A stretch of DNA of 64,000 bases from an uncultured Gemmatimonadales bacterium (GTDB lineage Bacteria; Gemmatimonadota; Gemmatimonadetes; Gemmatimonadales; GWC2-71-9). A program made the position numbers and the translations under genes. This document shows, one piece after another, positions 57,314-64,000 of the stretch; position 1 is the first letter of the stretch; every line of letters starts with the position of its first letter. The DNA is taken from the NCBI GenBank assembly GCA_963739455.1, contig CAVUAK010000001.1, positions 32,001 to 96,000 on the forward strand, read 5' to 3'. Below the pieces are notes generated by a model. It saw only the letters and a program-made list of their open reading frames with translations, did not search any database and was not told the origin of the DNA.

Positions 57314-58118
57314 TCGATGGTCGCCGCGCAGCTGAGATCCGCGCCGAGCCAGGTCACCGTCGCGTCGCGACCCTTGTTCCAGAACATCACCCCGGACCCC
57401 TCATACTTCGCGCCACTCGCCGGACTGCACCTGCGGGATCGTGATGGTCTTGCCACCCCGGCTCAGCGTGACCTTGCCCGGCGTTACCGGTCGGAGAACG
57501 TGGCGAGCATCCGGCTCCTGGTTCCCTTGGAGTCGGTGCACAGGAAAATCACCTGTGACGGACCCGGTCCACTGCCCCTCCACCACCAACGGCTCCGCCG
57601 GCTCGAACTCATAGACGCCTCCATCGGCCATGAGGCTGATGTGGAGGTGGCCGTCGACGATGACGTACGACCGCATGTGCTCGAAGTCGCGCAGGAAGCG
57701 GGCAGACATCGATCCCGGTGGGCACATCGCCCGCGTCGTGGCCAGCGGACCGAATGCTGAGCCCGCTCGGCGGCGTCGTGGTCCACGTGCCGCTCCCGCG
57801 GTTGCATCCTGCCACCACGCTGACCTTGCCGTCGCTGTCGAACTCGACGGTGTACACCGCCGATCGCTCTGGCGTGATCACCGTGTCCGCCGACGACTGG
57901 AAGCGCACCAGCTGCCAGGCCGATCCCTTCAGGTCGCTCGGCGCAGCGTCGGCAATCTCGTCTGCCTCCATGCGCGCACTGTCGATGGCCCAGCGATCCT
58001 TCGCTTCGTCCACCTGCTCGCCCATCGTCGGCCCCTTCGCCTCCCGGCGACACCCCGCCACGGCAGCGAGCGCGAGCACGCCCGCCAGTGTCACAACCTG
58101 TGCACGTCCACCCCTCAT
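57310..58118 (-). CDS. META-domain lipoprotein fused to C-terminal MliC-like domain (several frameshifts)
   Basis: Lipobox VAGC; GSAWQLV, GCNRGSG, CPPGS..LMADGG.YEF; terminal SGAKYEG..FWNKG..A ending at TGA 57310. Confidence 0.65.
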
Positions 58119-59031
58119 GGCACTCTCCCTTGAATCAGCAATGCGCGCGGCGCCACCTCGATTACCGCGCGCGACTCACCCATCAGCTCGCCATCAGCCG
58201 TCATGAATACATGGTCCTCGGCCTCGATTTCCAGCCTCCGCGTCCGCACCATCTCCACCTCGGCGTAGCGACCATGCGTCCCCGAGTAGGTTCGCGGCAG
58301 CAGCGCCAGCGCCCGCAGCCGCGAGAGATCTCGCACCAGGCAGCAATCGAGCAGGCCATCGTGTGGTGACGCACCCGGCGTCATGATGACGCCCCCACCG
58401 TACCGCGTGGTGTTCCCCGCCGCCGCGACAAGATAAGGACCTTCCCGCTCGCCGAAATCACCCCGCAGGCGGAGCCTCGGCGCCCGCCAGGTCGGCAGCA
58501 TCCAGAGGGCGCACGGCCAGGTAGGCCTGGTGACCGAAGATGCGGAACCCGCCGTTGGCCACCCGGCGCGCCACCGCCGAGTCGAGCCCGGTCGCCGCGA
58601 CCGTCAGGAAGACGCGACCGTTGATGACGCCGAGGTCGATCGGCGTTTGCACGTCCGAGAGCATCGACCGCCGCCGCGATCGCCGGGTCGCGCGGCAGGC
58701 CCAGCGCCCCCGCAAAGTCATTCCCCCGGCCCGCCGCCAGCACACCCATGGCGCACCTGGTGTGCGCCAGCGCCGTGGCCACCTCGTGCAGCGTCCCGTC
58801 CCCGCCGGCGGCCAGTACCCGGTCGACGCCACTCGCCGCCGCCGCCCGCGCCAGCTCGCAGGCATGCCCCGAGGCCACGGTCTCCTGCAGCACTACCTCC
58901 ACTCCCTGCTGCTCGATCAGCGCCACCGCCGCCCGCGCCATCGCCACCGCTCGTCCGCGGCCCGCCACCGGGTTGGCAATCACGACGACGGCAGGCGCTG
59001 GCATCCCCAACGTTAATCCCGTGACCGGCAT
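58115..59031 (-). CDS. YegS/DAGK family lipid kinase (frameshifts near 58660 and 58505)
   Basis: NPVAGRG, AGGDGT, GRGNDFA, GNTTRYGGG, DGLLD, ADGE. Confidence 0.85.
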
Positions 59032-59065
59032 GGCGGCCCGCGCTCACCCTGAGCATCTTTGCGGT

Positions 59066-61802
59066 GTGACTCCCGCGCCCGATCCCGCCGACATTCCGCC
59101 CCCTCTCGCCGCCGCCCTTGCCGATCGCTATCGGCTGGTGCGCGAGGTGGGCATGGGCGGGATGGCCACGGTATACCTCGCGGAAGACCAGAAGCATCAC
59201 CGCCAGGTCGCAGTGAAGGTGCTCCGCCCCGAACTCGCCGCATCGCTTGGCACCGAGCGCTTCCTTCGCGAAATCGAGATCGCCGCCGGCACTGCATCAC
59301 CCGCACATCCTGCCACTCTACGACAGCGGCACCATCTCGCTGCCGACCGACTCACGACTGACGACTGCCGACTCACGACTGTTGTTCTACGTCATGCCGT
59401 TCGTGGAAGGCGAGTCTCTCCGCACCCGGCTCGAACGCGAGAAGCAGCTCCCCGTCGACGACGCCGTCCGCATTGCCCGCGAGGTCGCGGACGCCCTGGC
59501 CTACGCTCACGGCAAGGGCGTGGTGCACCGCGACATCAAGCCCGAGAACATCCTCCTCGAATCGGGCCACGCGATGGTGGCCGATTTCGGCATAGCGCGC
59601 GCCCTCACGATTTCCGGCGAGCAGCGCCTCACTGAGGTGGGACTCGCCCTCGGCACGCCGGCGTACATGAGCCCCGAGCAGGCCGCCGGCAACACCGACG
59701 TCGACGCGCGGAGCGATATCTACAGCCTCGGCTGCGTGCTCTATGAGATGCTCGCGGGCCAGCCGCCCTTTCAGGGGGCCACGTTCGAGGTGCTGCTGCG
59801 CCAGCATATCACCGCGACGTCGCTCCCGATCACCCAGTTCCGTCCAGCGACCCCCGCCTTCCTCGCGGACGTGCTCACCCGCGCGCTGCAGAAGAACCCC
59901 GCCGACCGGTTCACCAGCGCCCGCGAGCTCGCGGCGGCACTGGGAGACGGGTACACCAGCGGCCCGCGGCCCGCGCCAACGATCAGCGGGCCGGTGGCCA
60001 CACCCCTGGCCGCTCCGCATACCCGCTTTCCCCGCGCGGTTCTCTACGCCTTCCTGGCAGTCGGCGCGGCAGCCATCGCCTGGCGCCTTTCGCGAGACGG
60101 ACCAGTGCGCCTCGCGGGCGACAAGCCCCCACCACTACCGGCCACCAGGCTCGTGCAGCTGACCTTCCACGAGGGCGTGGAGGAGTGGCCCGCCTGGTCA
60201 CCCGATGGAAAGCGGCTCGCCTTTTCGCAGGAAGTGGGCGGCTTCAAGAAATTGTTCGTGAAGGATCTCGCCACCGGCGCGGAGCGGCAGGTCACCACCG
60301 CGCCGAAGGACGACATCCAGCCATCATGGTCGCCCGACGGGAAACACCTCGCCTTCGTGCGGGCCAGCCTGGCCACCGGCAAGCTCGAGCCGGGCGACGT
60401 GCTGGGCTGGTACGCCGACGGCGGCGACATCTGGTCGCTCGACATCGATGCGGGCACGGAACGGCTGCTCATCGAGAAGGCGTTCAATCCCGCCTGGTCT
60501 CCCGACGGCAATCGCCTCTCGTTCGACGCGGCGTGGGCCGGGTCGCGGCGCATCTGGGTCGCCGACAGCAATGGGCGGAACCCGCAGCAGGTCACCGGCG
60601 ACAGCGTCGAGTCGGTCGTGCATGCGTCGGCGCGCTGGGCACCCGATGGGAAGCGGCTCGTCTTCCGCCGCATCCTCAAGACCAGGTCGGACATCCGGGT
60701 GGTCGACCTCGGGACCAAGTCCGTCACGGTCATTACCGACGACAACGTGCCCGACCTCGACCCCGTCTGGTCGCCGTCGGGGCGCTACATCTACTTCAGC
60801 TCGTCGCGCGGCGGCGGGCTCAACATCTGGCGCGTGCCCGTCGACGAGTCGGGAATCTCGTCCGGGCCGGGACAGCAGCTCACCACCGGGGCGGGACCCG
60901 ACCTCGAGCTCGCCACCGCGCCCGATAGCAAGCGTCTCGCCTTCGCAGTGCTCGGCATCAACTCCGACGTGTGGCGCCTGCCGGTCGATCCCGTCACCGG
61001 GCGCCCCACCGGCGATCCCACCGTGCTCGTCGGCACCACGCGCGTCGAGAGCCGCGCCTCCTGGTCGCGCGATGGCAAGTCGATCGCATTCAATTCCGAT
61101 CGTCAGGGCGACATGAATCTCTGGGTCCGGACGCTCGCCGATGGGGTAGAGAAGCAGGTGACGACCGGCCCCGGCGGCGACTACCAGCCCGACTGGTCGC
61201 CCGATGGCAGCGCGCTCATTTTCTTCTCATCGCGCTCGGGCAACAACGAGATCTGGACCGTGAACATCGCGAGCGGCGCCCTGAAGCAGCTCACCAGCGG
61301 GCCCGGCACCAAGACCAACCCGTTCTACTCCCCTGACGGGCGACAGGTGGCCTATCACTCCGATGCCAATGGCCGCATCGAGGCCTGGGTCATGAACGCC
61401 GATGGCACCGGTGCGCGACAGGTCACCACCAGCGGCGCCGGCGGGCATTTCATGCGCTGGACCACCGACGGCAAGGCACTCTTCCTGAGCGCCCGCACGT
61501 CATCGGGTGTGCGCATCGTGCGGCTGAACGTCGCCACCGGCGCCATGGACTCGCTCCCGCCCATCGCCAGTGGTGCGCACATCTCGCTGTCACCCGACCA
61601 GCAGCGCATCCTCGACGTGCGGAACCACAAGACCGTCTGGGTCCATCCGCTCGATGGCAGCGAGCCGTACCAGGTGTTCGAGTTCCCCGATCCTGATATC
61701 CGTATCGACTATCCCGTCTGGTCGCCCGACGGGAAGTGGATCCTCTTCGATCGCGCCGCGCCGAGCGGTGGTGACATCTGGTTGCTGGAGGGCATCGAAT
61801 GA
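59066..61802 (+). CDS. Hanks-type Ser/Thr protein kinase with TM helix and TolB-like PD40 beta-propeller (frameshift near 59290)
   Basis: GMGGMATVY, VAVK, HRDIKPEN, DFG, GTPAYMSPE, DIYSLG; many WSPDG repeats. Confidence 0.9.
59341..59381 (+). repeat. Heptamer repeat (GACTNNC type) inside the kinase domain
   Basis: tgccgac c gactcac gactgac gactgcc gactcac gactg; encodes LPTDSRLTTADSRL. Confidence 0.75.
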
Positions 61803-62665
61803 GCGGCACCGGCAAGATCACCCACATCTCCGACACCGCGCTGTGGGTCGCCTGCTATCGCGCCCAGGAAACCGAGCGCCCCGACGCGATCTTCAAGGAT
61901 CCGTACGCCCGGCGCCTCGCCGGCGAGCATGGATTCCAGATTCTTCAGGCGTTCAAGGACGGCGGCAAGGATCTCTCCTGGCCCCTGGTCACCCGCACCG
62001 CCGTCATGGACGAGATCATCCTCCGTGTCGTCCGCAACGGTACCACTGACGCCGTGCTCAACCTGGCCGCCGGCCTCGATGCCCGCCCCTGGCGCCTCGA
62101 CCTGCCGCCCGCACTCCGCTGGTACGACGTCGACTTCCCCGACATGATCGACTACAAGCTCTCGCACCTGGCCGGGGAACGCGCCTCCTGTCACTATGAG
62201 CCAGGACGCGTAGACCTCTCCGACGGCTTTGCCCGGCGTGAGCTCTTCCGCGAGGTCGGCGCGGCCCATCGCAACGTGCTCGTGATCAGCGAGGGCCTGC
62301 TCGTCTACCTCCACGCGGAACAGGTCACCAACCTCGCGCGCGACCTCCACGACATTCCCGCGATGCGCTGGTGGCTCTTCGACCTCGCGAGCCCCGCGTT
62401 GCTCAGGATGCTCGACAAGACCCGCGGCCCCGTGCTCCGCGCCGGCAACTCACCCATGGTGTTTGCACCGCCCGACTCCACCCGCTTCTTCCAGCCACTC
62501 GGCTGGAAGGAGATCGAATGGCGCTCCACCTTCGCCGAGGGCATGCGCCTCAAGCGCAGCTTCCCGATGGCGCCGTTCTGGGCCTTCGTCACCCGCATCT
62601 CCAGCAAGAAGCGACAGGAGGAGGCGCACCGCTTCTCCGGCTACGCACTCCTCGAATGCACATGA
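61799..62665 (+). CDS. SAM-dependent methyltransferase (leucine carboxyl methyltransferase-like)
   Basis: TALWVA..RA.E, DPYA..LAG, LNLAAGLDARP.RL, EGLLVYL. Confidence 0.85.
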   Translation: MSGTGKITHISDTALWVACYRAQETERPDAIFKDPYARRLAGEHGFQILQAFKDGGKDLSWPLVTRTAVMDEIILRVVRNGTTDAVLNLAAGLDARPWRLDLPPALRWYDVDFPDMIDYKLSHLAGERASCHYEPGRVDLSDGFARRELFREVGAAHRNVLVISEGLLVYLHAEQVTNLARDLHDIPAMRWWLFDLASPALLRMLDKTRGPVLRAGNSPMVFAPPDSTRFFQPLGWKEIEWRSTFAEGMRLKRSFPMAPFWAFVTRISSKKRQEEAHRFSGYALLECT

Positions 62666-64000
62666 CACTGACTCTCCTGGCACTCGCCGCCTCGCTGTTC
62701 GCGGGCGACACCGCAGGCGTATTCGTATTGCACAAGATCGGCAACCCAATCGGGAAGGAGACGTGGCGCATCACCAGCGCGCCGTCTGGCGCGCGCCAGC
62801 TCTCCACCGACTTCACCTTCAGCGACCGCGGCACCACCGTCACCCTCACCTCCACCCTCGACTACGCCGCGAACGGCCGCCCCACGCACTTCACGCTCGG
62901 CGGGCAGACGTCGCGCATGTCCAGCATCGACCTCGACGTCACCCTCTTCGGTGACTCGGCGCGTATCCGTGAGGACAGCACCACCACTACCGTGCTCGCG
63001 AAGGGCGCCTTCCCCGCGCGCGGCTACGCGCCGATGGCGATCCAGCAGGCCTTCATGCGCGAATGGCTGCGCCGCGGCCGGCCGGCAACGTTCCGGCTCG
63101 TCCCCGACGCCACCCTCCGCATCACCGCGCGTGGCACCGACACCATCCACGTCGCCGATCGCTCCCTCCTCCTCCAGCGCTACAGCGTCACGGGCCTCAT
63201 CTGGGGACGTGAGACACTCTGGCTCGACGCGCGCGGCGACCTCGTTGCCGTGGCAACGGTGGACGCCGAGTTCGATCCGGTCCAGGCGGTGAAGGAAGGG
63301 TTCGAGTCCGCGACGGGGACCTTCGTGCGACTCGCCGCCACCGATGCCATCAACGCCCTCTCCAGCGCAACGCCAGCGCGCAGCAAGGACACCCTGATCG
63401 CACTGGTGGGTGGCATGCTCATCGACGGCACCGGGTGCGCCGCCGGTGCCCGACGCCGCCGTGGTCATCAGCGGCACGAAGATCATCGCCGCCGGCCCGC
63501 GCGCCTCGGTGCAGCATTCCTCGCGGGGCGCGGGTGATCAACACCACCGGCACCACCATCATGCCCGGCCTCTGGGAGATGCACGCCCACTACGCCCAGG
63601 TGGAATGGGGACCCATCTACCTGGCCTCGGGCGTCACCACCGCGCGCGATGTCGGCAACCAGTTCGATTTCCTCCTGGGCGCGCGGCAGGTGCTCAACAG
63701 CGGCACGCGGCATCGGGCCGCGCCTCCTCTCCGCCGGTATCATCGATGGCGACGGACCCACTGGCATCGGCACCGCGCGCGCGGGCACGCCGGAGCAGGG
63801 CGTCGCCTGGGTGCGCCGCTATCACGATGCCGGATTCGAGCAGATCAAGATCTACAGCAGTATCGTCGACTCCGTCCTCAAGGCCATCACCGCCGAGGCC
63901 CACGCGCTCGGCATGACGGTGACGGGCCACATTCCTCGCGGCATGGATGGCTACCAGGGTGTCGCGGATGGCATGGACCAGGTCAACCACATCAGCTTCA
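62662..64000 (+). CDS. Secreted amidohydrolase family protein (frameshifted; 3'-truncated at window edge)
   Basis: Signal peptide; LIDGTG, MPGLWEMHAH, GVTTARDVG, QIKIYSS, AH..GM.V.GH. Confidence 0.8.

Overview
High-GC bacterial chromosomal segment. It is most consistent with a Gemmatimonadota genome (inference from the Ser/Thr kinase-TolB and BTAD-TM-propeller gene types). About 16 genes carry 1-nt frameshifts that look like long-read assembly errors. From left to right the window holds: (i) a lysophospholipase, a DUF445 protein, a DHp-less PAS/GAF kinase-like gene and a thermonuclease; (ii) a 5-13 kb envelope module with two lipoproteins, a TonB-dependent receptor and a membrane-anchored SARP/BTAD regulator; (iii) a 14-26 kb general-stress-type cluster (cupin, lipid kinase, topoisomerase IB, Gsp26-like, YciF, ferritin-like, ElaB-like, PadR); (iv) pilD/trmH/thiD; (v) a nucleoside salvage operon (5'-nucleotidase, add, 2x nupC, PNP, CDF) divergent from arsR-phoB-phoR, then a phosphate porin, pstSCABB-phoU-ppx and a ClC channel; (vi) deoC, rhomboid, TPR, VOC, META-MliC, lipid kinase, Ser/Thr kinase, methyltransferase and amidohydrolase genes. 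No tRNA, rRNA, CRISPR array or transposase was seen. The most notable unannotated signals are: matching 11-bp-period direct-repeat promoters in front of the two lipoprotein genes, pointing to a transmembrane SARP regulon; two homologous hairpin-plus-terminator leader RNAs in front of stress genes (candidate new riboswitch or attenuator); a 138-nt structured intergenic RNA; Pho-box arrays linking nucleotide salvage to phosphate starvation; a dispersed heptamer repeat family that has entered coding sequences; and head-to-head trmH/thiD start codons sharing one CATG.
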